Positions 21,332 to 31,151 of a stretch of 55,618 nt of DNA are shown one piece after another. The notes beneath the pieces were generated by a model that saw only the letters and a program-made list of their open reading frames with translations, did not search any database and was not told the DNA's origin. Where the stretch lies: assembly GCA_043820105.1 (NCBI GenBank), contig JBDREC010000001.1:62001-117618 (forward strand), given 5' to 3'. The translations under genes and the position numbers were made by a program. Numbering within the stretch: position 1 is the first letter of the stretch; every line of letters begins with the position of its first letter. Origin of the DNA: Pseudomonadota bacterium. GTDB lineage: Bacteria; Bdellovibrionota_F; JAHFAK01; JBDREC01.

Positions 21332-21490
21332 ATCCTCATTTTTTAAAAACTCTTAATATCATTTTCAACGGACTTGTCAATTGTCTAGATGTGTGGAATT
21401 TTGCTATTTTCACACATAAATTATGTCAATGTGTGATTAAAATGATTTCCAAAAATCTGACATCTAAATATCTAAGTTCATAATTCTTAT

Positions 21491-21523
21491 ATCTTAATCT
21501 TAATCTTAATCTTAATCTTAATC
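21491..21523 (+). repeat. Hexamer microsatellite (ATCTTA)n
   Basis: atcttaatcttaatcttaatcttaatcttaatc. Confidence 0.85.
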
Positions 21524-21546
21524 TGTTTTTTGGGGTATCAAAGGTT

Positions 21547-21562
21547 TGGCATAAAAGTTGCT
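21547..21562 (+). promoter_or_regulatory. sigma54 -24/-12 promoter
   Basis: tGGcataaaagttGCt. Confidence 0.6.
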
Positions 21563-22160
21563 ATTACAAGGGAACAAGAGCGCAAGAGAACAAGGGAACA
21601 GTGGAACAAGAGAACAAGATGTTATAGAAGAAGTGCTTTTGGATAAAGAGCATTATTTTGAGTGTTTTGAATATAATAAAAATGAAGAAAATAATGTTAA
21701 AGTGCCAATAAGTTGTGATTTTTATAGAGGGGAAGAATTTGTTAATTTTGATATATCAGGTTTTTGCCAGGAGAAACTGCAAAGCTATATGATTGAATAT
21801 TTGGCTTCATTATTGCCCATTAAATTTCCGTTACCAATTGTAGTTGTTCCTTATTATCCTTATAATAGATATTATTGTACAACTTGCCCTGAGCTTGAAA
21901 ATGATGAATCTTGTTTTTACACTACAGCAGGTCTAAACATAGAAATCCCATATTATTATTTCAGATCCTTAATCAAGCTTTGGGATGGTTATTCAAATCT
22001 AGATAATTACTGTGGAAGTTACGAGGTAAAAGAAGAAATTGAATTTCGCTTAGCTGCCTGCCCAATTTTAAACGATTTTATTAGCAAAAAAACAGTAATA
22101 TCACCTGCCAGCAACCAGCAACCAGCAACTAGCAACCCAAAACCAGAAACCAACAACTAA
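21558..22160 (+). CDS. Hypothetical Cys/Tyr-rich protein (start uncertain)
   Basis: 200-codon ORF; both ends overlap tandem repeats. Confidence 0.5.
   Translation: MLLQGNKSAREQGNSGTREQDVIEEVLLDKEHYFECFEYNKNEENNVKVPISCDFYRGEEFVNFDISGFCQEKLQSYMIEYLASLLPIKFPLPIVVVPYYPYNRYYCTTCPELENDESCFYTTAGLNIEIPYYYFRSLIKLWDGYSNLDNYCGSYEVKEEIEFRLAACPILNDFISKKTVISPASNQQPATSNPKPETNN
22108..22136 (+). repeat. Heptamer tandem repeat (CCAGCAA)n
   Basis: ccagcaaccagcaaccagcaactagcaac; inverted counterpart near 23866-23886. Confidence 0.75.
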
Positions 22161-22240
22161 GAATCTAAATATTTTTCTTTATTTTTTTTCTTTATAATTT
22201 TAATAAACAATACCAATTATAAAACAGTAAGGAAAAAAAC

Positions 22241-23830
22241 TTGTCAGCAAAGAAAAAATCAGATGAAACAGGAAAAACAGTTGCCCATAGACTTGCAAAA
22301 AAACAAAGAGAAATAGGTGTAGCCGAATTCTTTTCAAGAAACAGACATCTTCTGGGTTTTGATAATAAACGAAAAGCCTTAATGACTACTATAAAAGAAG
22401 CTGTTGATAATTCTTTGGATGCCTGTGAAGAAGCTCATGTTTTGCCTGAAATAATCGTTGAATTAACGGACCTTGGTAATGATCGCTTTAGAGTTATGGT
22501 TGAAGATAATGGTCCTGGAATTTTAAAAAAGCATATTGGAAAAATTTTTGCGAAACTTTTATATGGAAGTAAGTTTCATACAATGAAGCAGAGCAGGGGA
22601 CAACAAGGCATTGGCATTTCAGCTTCTGTTATGTATGCTCAACTTACAACAGGTCGCAGTGCAACAATTATTTCAAAGATTAAAAAAGATGAACCAGCAC
22701 AAATGATGACTTTAAGAATAAATACAAAAAAGAATGCTCCAGAAATTTTAAAAGATGAAATAATTGAGTGGGAAAAAGATCATGGAACAAGGATTGAGCT
22801 TGAACTTGAAGCAAGCTATCAAGGTGGCTTTCAGAGCATTGATGAATATTTAAGGCAAACAGCAATTACAAATCCACATGTTACAATAATTTACAAAAAC
22901 CCAAAGCAAGAGCAAAAGGACTTTCTTAGAGTAACAGAAACTATGCCGCCTGATCCAAAGGAAATCAAACCTCATCCTTATGGTGTAGAGCTTGGTTTGC
23001 TACAACAAATGGCCAAGCACACTGAATCTAAGACCTTGCAAAGCTTTTTAATAAATGAATTTAGTCGTGTTGGTCCAGGAACCGCTAAAGAAATTTGCAA
23101 AAATTCAGAACTTGATCCTGCTTGTAAAGCGCATTTATTAAAAAGAGAACCTCTTGAAAGACTATTTGAGGGAATTAAAAAAACAAAAATAATTAACCCT
23201 CCTACAGATTGTATTAGTCCTATTGGCGAAGAACTAATTGAAGCAAGCTTGAAAAAAGAAATTGAAGCTGAGTTTTATTGTGCTTGTACCAGACCACCTT
23301 CAGTTTATAGAGGCAATCCATTTATTGTAGAAGCTGGCATTGCCTATGGTGGGAATCAAGAAACTGATAAGCTTATTAAGCTTATGCGCTTTGCTAATCG
23401 TGTGCCTCTTTTATATCAGCAATCAGCTTGTGCTGTAACAAAAACAGTAACGCAAACTTTATGGCGCTCATATGGATTAAGTCAAAGTCGAGGTGCTTTG
23501 CCATCTGGACCTGCGACTTTAATTGTTCATATTGCTTCTGTTTGGGTTCCTTTTACTTCTGAATCAAAAGAAGCAATAGCCCATTATCCAGAAATAAAGA
23601 AAGAAATAAAGCTAGCTTTGCAAGTTGTTGGAAGAAAGCTTTCATCTTATGTTAATAAGAAAAAAAGAATACATGCAGAGAGCAAAAAAAGAGATTATAT
23701 TTCAATATATATTCCACATGTTTCAGAAGCTCTTAGTGACTTGTTGGGAAAAGAAGTTGATAAGCCTAAGACGGAAGAGTTGTTGAAAGTTATTTTGGAG
23801 AAGCATCGTGGGAAATTGGAAGATGCTTGA
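22241..23830 (+). CDS. top6B: DNA topoisomerase VI subunit B
   Basis: EAVDNSLDACE, VEDNGPGI, GSKFH..KQSRGQQGIG GHKL motifs; RFANRVPLL; VPFTSESKEAIA. Confidence 0.97.
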   Translation: MSAKKKSDETGKTVAHRLAKKQREIGVAEFFSRNRHLLGFDNKRKALMTTIKEAVDNSLDACEEAHVLPEIIVELTDLGNDRFRVMVEDNGPGILKKHIGKIFAKLLYGSKFHTMKQSRGQQGIGISASVMYAQLTTGRSATIISKIKKDEPAQMMTLRINTKKNAPEILKDEIIEWEKDHGTRIELELEASYQGGFQSIDEYLRQTAITNPHVTIIYKNPKQEQKDFLRVTETMPPDPKEIKPHPYGVELGLLQQMAKHTESKTLQSFLINEFSRVGPGTAKEICKNSELDPACKAHLLKREPLERLFEGIKKTKIINPPTDCISPIGEELIEASLKKEIEAEFYCACTRPPSVYRGNPFIVEAGIAYGGNQETDKLIKLMRFANRVPLLYQQSACAVTKTVTQTLWRSYGLSQSRGALPSGPATLIVHIASVWVPFTSESKEAIAHYPEIKKEIKLALQVVGRKLSSYVNKKKRIHAESKKRDYISIYIPHVSEALSDLLGKEVDKPKTEELLKVILEKHRGKLEDA

Positions 23831-23837
23831 ATAAGCG

Positions 23838-23887
23838 GTAAGTGGTAAGCTATAAGTGGTAAGTTTAGTTGCTGGTTGCTAGTTGCA
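23838..23887 (+). repeat. Heptamer tandem repeats between top6B and top6A
   Basis: gtaagtg/gtaagct/ataagtg/gtaag followed by agttgctggttgctagttgc. Confidence 0.7.
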
Positions 23888-23927
23888 AGTGTAAAAAAAA
23901 AATATAAGAATAAAGGATTATTTGAAA

Positions 23928-25031
23928 ATGCCAAAAAAGATAAATAGTCAAAAAATTGTGCTTGAAAAGATTGAAAACATTGCTCGTAAAGTGCATAAAA
24001 AAATATTGAGAAAGGCTCAACCTGAGCTTACTTCTCCTATTCGGGCCCTATCTAATGTTAAATATGATAAGAAAGAAGGGTATTTCGCGATTTTGGGAAA
24101 GATGAAATCCAGAACCTTAACAGCGTCCTCAGTTAAGACCTTTGCACAGACTTTAAAATTGATGACTCTATCAAAGGAGCTTGTAAAAACCCATGATATA
24201 GCTACCAAAAGGGAAGCTTACTATGTTTCTAAAAACTGGGATTCGGCCCGTTTTAATGAACAGCCAGAGTCAGATGCTGTTATGGATGATGTGGAAGCAA
24301 TGCTGGAAGTTAATAGAGAGCAAATGGGCTTTATTCCAGAAGAAAAAGGTGGAGATGTTGCTGGCAAATTAATTGTAATAGATACAGACCTTGATACAGG
24401 AAAAGCTATTAAGATTGATTGTACAAAATTTGGATCAGGCGCTTATTCTGTTCCATCTTCTGTTGAAGAATTGAAATTTGAAACTAATGCAAAATATCTT
24501 TTAGCAATTGAAACATCAGGTATGTTCCAGCGTCTTGTTAAGCACAATTACTGGAAAAAGAATAATTGTATTTTAGTAAGCTTAGGCGGTGTTCCAACAA
24601 GGGCTTGTAGAAGGTTTATAAGAAGACTATCTGATGAGAAGAAACTTCCAGTTTACGTTTTTACAGATGGTGATCCTTATGGTTATTTAAATATTTATAG
24701 AACACTAAAAGTTGGTTCAGGAAATGCAGCTCACATTAATCAATATTTTTGTGTTCCTAATGCAAAGTTTATTGGTATTACTCCTAATGATATTGAAGAC
24801 TACAAACTTCCTTCGCATCCACTAAAAGACATTGATATAAAAAGGATTAAAGATGGGGTGAAGAATGACCCTTTTGTTAAGCATTATAAACAGTGGCAAA
24901 AGGCTTTATCAAAACTTGTTAAAATGAAGGTTAGGGCTGAGCAGCAAGCACTCGCAACCCATGGGCTTAACTTTGTAATTAGTGATTATTTGCCACAAAA
25001 GCTTAAGAATAAAAAAAGCTGGCTTCCTTGA
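23928..25031 (+). CDS. top6A: DNA topoisomerase VI subunit A (Spo11 family)
   Basis: TKREAYY catalytic Tyr motif, AIETSG and FTDGDPYG TOPRIM, AEQQAL; follows top6B. Confidence 0.96.
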   Translation: MPKKINSQKIVLEKIENIARKVHKKILRKAQPELTSPIRALSNVKYDKKEGYFAILGKMKSRTLTASSVKTFAQTLKLMTLSKELVKTHDIATKREAYYVSKNWDSARFNEQPESDAVMDDVEAMLEVNREQMGFIPEEKGGDVAGKLIVIDTDLDTGKAIKIDCTKFGSGAYSVPSSVEELKFETNAKYLLAIETSGMFQRLVKHNYWKKNNCILVSLGGVPTRACRRFIRRLSDEKKLPVYVFTDGDPYGYLNIYRTLKVGSGNAAHINQYFCVPNAKFIGITPNDIEDYKLPSHPLKDIDIKRIKDGVKNDPFVKHYKQWQKALSKLVKMKVRAEQQALATHGLNFVISDYLPQKLKNKKSWLP

Positions 25032-25042
25032 GAGGAAAATTT

Positions 25043-25939
25043 ATGTTTAAAAGATTGATTCTGTTATGTGTTTTTACATTTTTATTCAATACATGCCTAG
25101 AGTCATCTGGTAGCGCTAATGATGAATGCACTGGTGATTCGGATTGTGGTTCAAATTCAACCTGTGGTGAAAGTGATGTTGATTGCGATGGCTTTGATGA
25201 TGGAGGTACAGATTGCAATGATAATGATTCAGCAATACATGTAGGTGCTGATGAAATTGATGATGATAAAGACAATGATTGCAATGGATTAATAGATGAA
25301 GAGATGGTAAAGGAAAACGCAATATTAAATGAACTGATTTCTTGTTCCAGTGACTATCTTGCAAGTGCTGATTTTGTTTTTTTAGATGAAAATCAGACAA
25401 TTAGTATTTCATCTAATTCAAGTGATATTACAATCAATGAGGCTTTTAGTGAACTTTCATATTCTTCTGATTTCTTTGTATCCCAAACTTATTTAGATAA
25501 TTCATTAAGTGAAATAAGTAGTAATGAAACTTATAATGCTTTGAAGATTGAAGATGAAGATCAAACAACAAGCCAGGGGTTTTCTTTTTCATGGAATGTT
25601 GATGACCCACCCCAGCACCTTGACCATACATTATGGTTTGCAAAAGATAAAAGATTTAAACTACATACAACAGAATATGAATTCTGGGAGTATTATAACT
25701 CTGTATCATGTGAAAGCATATACATTAGCTTTTGGACTTGTAATGAGAATGGCGATTCTGATGTTTTTGCAGTTTTAGTTGTAAAAGCCGAATCCAATAT
25801 TATTTATGCTTTTGAGGAAATAATAGAAAATTATGATGATGACTATTATTTTATTTTAAATGGATGGTATTTTGATATTTCAAGTGAAATGTTTCTTAAA
25901 AAAGTCGATAGTTTAGATTTAATACAAGCCTTGTTTTAA
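25043..25939 (+). CDS. Exported/lipoprotein with MopE-like putative metal-binding motif
   Basis: DCDGF...DCNDNDSAIHVGADEIDDDKDNDCNGLIDE motif after signal peptide. Confidence 0.75.
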   Translation: MFKRLILLCVFTFLFNTCLESSGSANDECTGDSDCGSNSTCGESDVDCDGFDDGGTDCNDNDSAIHVGADEIDDDKDNDCNGLIDEEMVKENAILNELISCSSDYLASADFVFLDENQTISISSNSSDITINEAFSELSYSSDFFVSQTYLDNSLSEISSNETYNALKIEDEDQTTSQGFSFSWNVDDPPQHLDHTLWFAKDKRFKLHTTEYEFWEYYNSVSCESIYISFWTCNENGDSDVFAVLVVKAESNIIYAFEEIIENYDDDYYFILNGWYFDISSEMFLKKVDSLDLIQALF

Positions 25940-25974
25940 TTTTCTTTTAAATAACACTTTTTATTTAAAATTTA

Positions 25975-26226
25975 TTATGTTGGATCTGATCCTGGGATAG
26001 TATTGTCAACTACATATCTAGAGTCAATTGTTTTTTCTGCTTGAACCCAATCTTCAAAGTGGTCATTGCCATTAAAGCCTCTTTCCTCTGCCATGAAATA
26101 AGCTGTTTCTGCTATTTTCCTGTCTCTTTCCTCTGCAGTAATGTAAGTTCTAGATCTTTGAGTTCTGTTTCGTGTTGTTTTTTTTGTCTGGAAAGAGGAG
26201 TTGTTTGAAGTTGTTTTGGTTTTCAT
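25975..26226 (-). CDS. DUF2934 domain protein
   Basis: IAETAYFMAEERGFNG..HFEDWVQAEKTID. Confidence 0.85.
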   Translation of the reverse strand: MKTKTTSNNSSFQTKKTTRNRTQRSRTYITAEERDRKIAETAYFMAEERGFNGNDHFEDWVQAEKTIDSRYVVDNTIPGSDPT

Positions 26227-26369
26227 GATAATTCTCCTATTTGTTTTGACCGGTTATTAAAAATTATTAGCATAAAGAATAAGATTATTTCAATAAAAAA
26301 ATGATATGTTGTTGAAAATAATGATGAAACAATTCCAAGGCTTTGCGTGAAATGTCTAAGTTGATGCTT

Positions 26370-27671
26370 TTATTTTACTTTTATTTTACCTAATGTTGAT
26401 GAAAGTTTTCTGTTTCTAGCATTTTCAATTTTATCAATTTGAATATTATATTTAGCCGAAAAGTTAATCATTCCAAGTGAATTTAAGTCTTCTGCTGTAA
26501 TTGTACTTTCCCGGGATGTTGCTATAAATTCTTTCACAAGATACGCTTTGTCAATTTCGATATTTAACTTACTATAAAAATCAGCTTTCATAATATTTTT
26601 AATATCTTTTGCTACAATGCTGCTTTCTGTTGAATATAGCGTTAATTGGTCTATATTTTCTAAGTGCTGAGTGTGTATATTATACTTATTTGTTACATTT
26701 AGGAGCTTGATATTTGAAAAAGAATTTAAAACAATATTTCCTTCATCTCCTTTTATTTCAAGTCGTTCGATATCTTTAGCTTTATTAATAACAATTTTAA
26801 AATTTGATGAAATATTTGCCATGTTACAATTGGATATTGATTCAATTATAATTTCCAAGTCATTTGAGTTTAATTTTAACTTGTCTACAGAGTCGATATT
26901 ATTAATTTCAAACTTTTTTTCTGTTTTTATTTCAACATTTTTTATTTTAGCTATACTTTCAATATTTACCCACTGTGAATCAATTTCTAGGGTATCTTGG
27001 TTTTCAGGTAAAAATATTTCTATAAGAAGTTTTTTTTCAATATTCGCGTCTTTTTTTTCTTCAAGTTTTAAACCCTGAGCATTTAATTTTAATGTATTCT
27101 TTTTATAACTTTCACTGAAGTTTATTTTTCCAATTGCTTGCTGTTTTTCAAGATCTTCCTGTGAAAGCTCATCCTTTGATATAATTACAAGTTTTCTTAT
27201 TACTTTAAACGTATTGTCTGTTGATTTTGTTACCTTAAAGCCAATATCATCACCTTTTAAATAAATTTTAGCATTTTCAAGCTCATATTCTTTTTCATTT
27301 AAAATAATTTCAAAAGAAGGAGCCTCTGTTTGAGACTTTTCCTGATGTTTTTTAATAAGCTTCTTTATTTTATCAACCTTTCTTTCAATTTTACCCTTTA
27401 ATTTCTCAACTAGTCCTGCCTCTTTTGAGTATCCTTCTTTTATATCTTCTTTTTTCTCCTCTGTTGTTTTGATTTCCTCAGTATTCTCTTGATTTTGACT
27501 TGCTTCATTTTCTACACTTTCTTGTGTTGCTTCTGGAAGTAGAGCTTGTGTTGCTTGCGGAACCAGAGTCTCTTTGCTAGCTTGACCAGTGTCCTTATCC
27601 TGTGCAAAAGCAAGTGAAAAAATGAAAAGCACAGACATCAGATAACAATATATTAATAGTTTTTTAATCAT
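26370..27671 (-). CDS. Secreted beta-solenoid repeat protein (adhesin/DUF4097-like)
   Basis: Signal peptide, acidic linker, C-terminal ~21-22-aa Ile-rich repeats ending STLGKIKVK. Confidence 0.6.
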   Translation of the reverse strand: MIKKLLIYCYLMSVLFIFSLAFAQDKDTGQASKETLVPQATQALLPEATQESVENEASQNQENTEEIKTTEEKKEDIKEGYSKEAGLVEKLKGKIERKVDKIKKLIKKHQEKSQTEAPSFEIILNEKEYELENAKIYLKGDDIGFKVTKSTDNTFKVIRKLVIISKDELSQEDLEKQQAIGKINFSESYKKNTLKLNAQGLKLEEKKDANIEKKLLIEIFLPENQDTLEIDSQWVNIESIAKIKNVEIKTEKKFEINNIDSVDKLKLNSNDLEIIIESISNCNMANISSNFKIVINKAKDIERLEIKGDEGNIVLNSFSNIKLLNVTNKYNIHTQHLENIDQLTLYSTESSIVAKDIKNIMKADFYSKLNIEIDKAYLVKEFIATSRESTITAEDLNSLGMINFSAKYNIQIDKIENARNRKLSSTLGKIKVK

Positions 27672-27865
27672 GGGAAACTCCTTTTAAAAAAAATATTACA
27701 AATAAAAAAGATGCTACTTATATATCTTTTTGCTTTTATGGTCTAGATAAAAATCGAGATACAATTCAAGTTGACTTGAAATCACTTATATGAGAAAGGT
27801 CCATAATGAATTGATACATGCTTGCTTGGCATATTTTAATATTTATAAATATTAGTGAGGAAAAA

Positions 27866-28996
27866 ATGGCAGATGATAGAGTCATAGATTTAACAATTAA
27901 ATACCCAAATCTTATGAATGCACCTAAATCAGTTGATCTTTGTTTAACAGGACATTGCAATTTGAAATGTTCATACTGTTTTTATGCAGACAGTATGCAA
28001 GACAAGAAGGATTTAAACACTGAACAGTGGAAGGCTACAATTAAAGAACTTGGTGAAATTGGTGTGCAGGATGTTTGCCTGTCAGGTGGTGAAGTTTTTG
28101 TTAGAAAGGATTTTTGGGAACTTCTTGATAGTGTTATTGAAAACAGAATGAGATATTCTATTTTATCAAATGGAACTTTGATAACAGAAAAAACTATTGA
28201 AGAATTTGGAAAAGGCAAAAGAAGACTTAGAATGAATTCCATACAAGTTTCCATTGATGGATCATGCGCTGAAATTCATAATAAAAGCCGTCCTCATGAT
28301 AGCTTTGATAAGGCATTAAATGGTTTGAAATTACTTGTTAAAAACAAATTCCCAGCAACATGTAGATGCACAATCAATCATCATAATTATCATGATCTTG
28401 AAAATGTTGGAAAGCTTTTACTTGAAGAAGTTGGTTTAAGCTCGTTTTCAACAAATGAAGCAGAACAAATGGGAACTGCCCGTTGTAATGGACAAGATGT
28501 TGTTTTGTCAGTTGAACAAAGAACTCGAGCAATGAACGATCTTATGAATTTAAATGAAAAATATAAGGGAAGAATTCAAGCACAAGCTGGACCCTTAACT
28601 AGAGCCAAGGGTTTTAAAGAAATGGAAGCTTTAATTGAAAAGGGTGAACTAAAAATACCAGGAAGAGGAAATTTGGTTTCTTGTGGTGGCGTATTTTCAA
28701 AGATGGCTATTTTGCATGACGGAACAATGGTTCCTTGTAACATGCTTCATACCTTGTCAATGGGAACAGTTGGAATTAATTCAATTAAAGAAGCCTGGCA
28801 AAGACATCCTTCAATCAATGTAGTTAGAGATCGAAGAAAAATTTCATTAAGAGAATTTGAACAATGCAAAGATTGTGAATATGTTGAAATGTGCACAGGT
28901 GGCTGTCCAGCCTCGATTGCGGCTAGGTTTGATAAATTAAATGAGATTGATCCGCTTTCTTGTTATAAGGAATATTTGAAAGAGAAAAAGCTATAA
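27866..28996 (+). CDS. Radical SAM/SPASM maturase, SynChlorMet ScmE-like
   Basis: CNLKCSYC; SCGGVFSKMAILHDGTMVPC and CKDCEYVEMCTGGCPA SPASM motifs; GAGG RBS before ATG 27866. Confidence 0.8.
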   Translation: MADDRVIDLTIKYPNLMNAPKSVDLCLTGHCNLKCSYCFYADSMQDKKDLNTEQWKATIKELGEIGVQDVCLSGGEVFVRKDFWELLDSVIENRMRYSILSNGTLITEKTIEEFGKGKRRLRMNSIQVSIDGSCAEIHNKSRPHDSFDKALNGLKLLVKNKFPATCRCTINHHNYHDLENVGKLLLEEVGLSSFSTNEAEQMGTARCNGQDVVLSVEQRTRAMNDLMNLNEKYKGRIQAQAGPLTRAKGFKEMEALIEKGELKIPGRGNLVSCGGVFSKMAILHDGTMVPCNMLHTLSMGTVGINSIKEAWQRHPSINVVRDRRKISLREFEQCKDCEYVEMCTGGCPASIAARFDKLNEIDPLSCYKEYLKEKKL

Positions 28997-29007
28997 TAAT
29001 AACTGGC

Positions 29008-29805
29008 CTAGTTTGGGTAATTGCAGCTTTCAAAAACTTCAGCAAATTTTTGATAATCTATTGAAGAATTTAGATTGCTATTATAAAGTTGTAAAAATGG
29101 AATTCTCGCAATAATAACGCCATTTGAAAAAGAACAAACCTCAGCTTCTATACTTTCTGTTCTATATTTATAAAAAGGTTCTATTGTATCAATGAAAAAT
29201 GTTTTGTTTTCTTTTGAATCACCTATTTCATCTTTAAACCTTGAAATTATTTTACTTAATTCTGTCCTCCATTTTTTGCTTTGTACATGAATATAGCTTG
29301 TACTAAAACTACCACCATTATCATAATTTATAAATGTTTTAAATACAGTTGGAATTAATACTCCTTCAATACTGACAAAACCATTAAAGGTATTATTTGA
29401 GCTTGTTTCTTTTGGCCTTGGATGAAGCAGGTTTTGAATTTGATTTTTGTCTTCGATTAGTTCCTGCAATTTATCAGTAATAGTGTATTCAGTATATTCA
29501 TAACAATTTTGGGCTATCAAAGAACCACTTTTATTAAAAAAGAATTCAATCTTAGTATACTTGTCAGGAAACGTTTTGCTTGGAAAATAATTTGTCATTT
29601 TCATTTCTGAATATTCTTCAGTATAAATAGGGATTTCTCCTGCATAATCACTTGCTTCACATGGAATTATTATTTCATCTGTTTTAGTATCAAACATTTC
29701 GCCAGTCTCAACATTTACGACTTTTGTAAAATCTATTGAATAAGTAGATTGACTTAATAAGAAAAGACATAATAGATAATTTAAAATATTTTTTGTTTTT
29801 ATCAA
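29008..29805 (-). CDS. Secreted hypothetical protein
   Basis: TTG start after GGAGG; signal peptide. Confidence 0.7.
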   Translation of the reverse strand: MIKTKNILNYLLCLFLLSQSTYSIDFTKVVNVETGEMFDTKTDEIIIPCEASDYAGEIPIYTEEYSEMKMTNYFPSKTFPDKYTKIEFFFNKSGSLIAQNCYEYTEYTITDKLQELIEDKNQIQNLLHPRPKETSSNNTFNGFVSIEGVLIPTVFKTFINYDNGGSFSTSYIHVQSKKWRTELSKIISRFKDEIGDSKENKTFFIDTIEPFYKYRTESIEAEVCSFSNGVIIARIPFLQLYNSNLNSSIDYQKFAEVFESCNYPN

Positions 29806-29872
29806 TCTAGCCTCCTAAAAATATTTAAAATTGAATAATGTGTTAGTCCATTTGTTTGTTTGAATTTATAAA

Positions 29873-29888
29873 TGCAAGGTTGATGCCA
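29873..29888 (-). promoter_or_regulatory. sigma54 -24/-12 promoter
   Basis: Minus strand tGGcatcaaccttGCa upstream of 29805. Confidence 0.7.
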
Positions 29889-29972
29889 CTCTTGTCAATT
29901 AGAAAAAATTCTGTAAAATTAAATTGTTGCAGTATGGGTTTGTGGTTTTTATGTTAAATAAACTTAACTTTT

Positions 29973-31073
29973 GTACGGAGGTTCAGCTTCTATTTTAAGA
30001 TATTAAATTAGCTTTTAAAATAAAATTCCTAAAATCCTAATTGCACCATACATCTGATAAGTTGAGCTTTGAATGTCAACTATGTCAATGTTAGTATAGC
30101 CTTTTGTTGAAATATCTCTTTGGTACATATCAATGCGATCAAAGTTGGGGTTAGTTTTAAAGATTTTAATTAATTCTTGATTATCAAGCCAGTATGCAGC
30201 ACAAGTTTGGCAAAAGTCGATGAAAATATTTTCATGTGTATATTCACTCATTTTGCTTTTGCAGTTTAGGCAAGTTAGATTTTCAAGAATACCTTTGCAC
30301 TTAATGCAGCTGAACTCTTTTGAATCATTTCTTTTTCCACATAAATGGCAAATTTTTGTTTCTACTCTGTTTCTATTAAACCTGAACATTTCAGGAGATA
30401 TGACCTTTTTATTAAGGACTTTTTCAAGTTCTCCCTGGTCAAACCATAGGCCTTTACATTTTTTACATCCATCAATATGGACATCTTTATATTTTCCGGA
30501 GATAAGATTTTCAGAACAAATAGGGCATTGTTTATCAGAGATTGTAACTTTAACTTTTTCAGCTGCCATTATTATGTCCTTTTAATAATTTATTCTTAAA
30601 TTTTAGTAAAATATTTTGTCTTTGTCCATCGTTATTAATTGCTCTTAAGTACGGGGGTTCAAATTCTGCAATCTTTACACAATAACCTAGATATATAAAT
30701 ACAAGAAATTTAAGAAGAAATTTAAGTACGGAGGTGTCAAACCGATGAACACAGGTCCAAATTCTGGAATCTGCTCTCAAATTTCTGGAAAATATAGGGA
30801 TGTTTTTTTTGAATTTTACCGTAAGCTATTATTTTCTTTAACCTTAAAAATAGCCCTATAAAATTGGCATAGATTTTGAATATATTTTTTCTGAGTTTAA
30901 TTTTAAAAGGGTGATCTATGCCTTCTATTCCAAGATCTGCTATCTTAGAAAATGACTGTTACTTTCATGTAACCCTTAAGTTTCATAACTATGATTGGGC
31001 CTTACAGCCATATTGGGCAAAAAAGCTTTATTATAATCTTTTATGCAAACAATTCGGGCTTAAACCTCCGTAC
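29973..31073. repeat. Four dispersed GTACGG(A/G)GGT REP-like motifs
   Basis: Copies at 29973(+), 30649(+), 30726(+) and 31062-31073(-), clustered around a RAYT remnant. Confidence 0.7.
30015..30569 (-). CDS. Double zf-TFIIB zinc-finger protein with central zinc ribbon
   Basis: CPIC..IDGCKKCKGLWFDQGELE and CLNC..IDFCQTCAAYWLDNQEL; CHLC..CIKC between. Confidence 0.85.
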   Translation of the reverse strand: MAAEKVKVTISDKQCPICSENLISGKYKDVHIDGCKKCKGLWFDQGELEKVLNKKVISPEMFRFNRNRVETKICHLCGKRNDSKEFSCIKCKGILENLTCLNCKSKMSEYTHENIFIDFCQTCAAYWLDNQELIKIFKTNPNFDRIDMYQRDISTKGYTNIDIVDIQSSTYQMYGAIRILGILF

Positions 31074-31091
31074 AGATTTGGGTTTTTTTAA
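30918..31091 (+). pseudogene. Truncated REP-associated tyrosine transposase (RAYT, Y1/HUH) N-terminus
   Basis: MPSIPRSAILENDCYFHVTLKFHNYDWALQPYWAKKLYYNLL resembles RAYT N-terminus; ends before the HUH motif at a REP-like motif. Confidence 0.7.
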
Positions 31092-31151
31092 CTTTAATTT
31101 TGTGAAACTGTAAGGGAGGGTTGGTGCAATGCGGCAGGGCGCGTGGATTTG

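Noticed and set aside
30559-30780. 73-aa ORF
   Set aside because: Spans two REP-like motifs, TTG start, no recognisable domain
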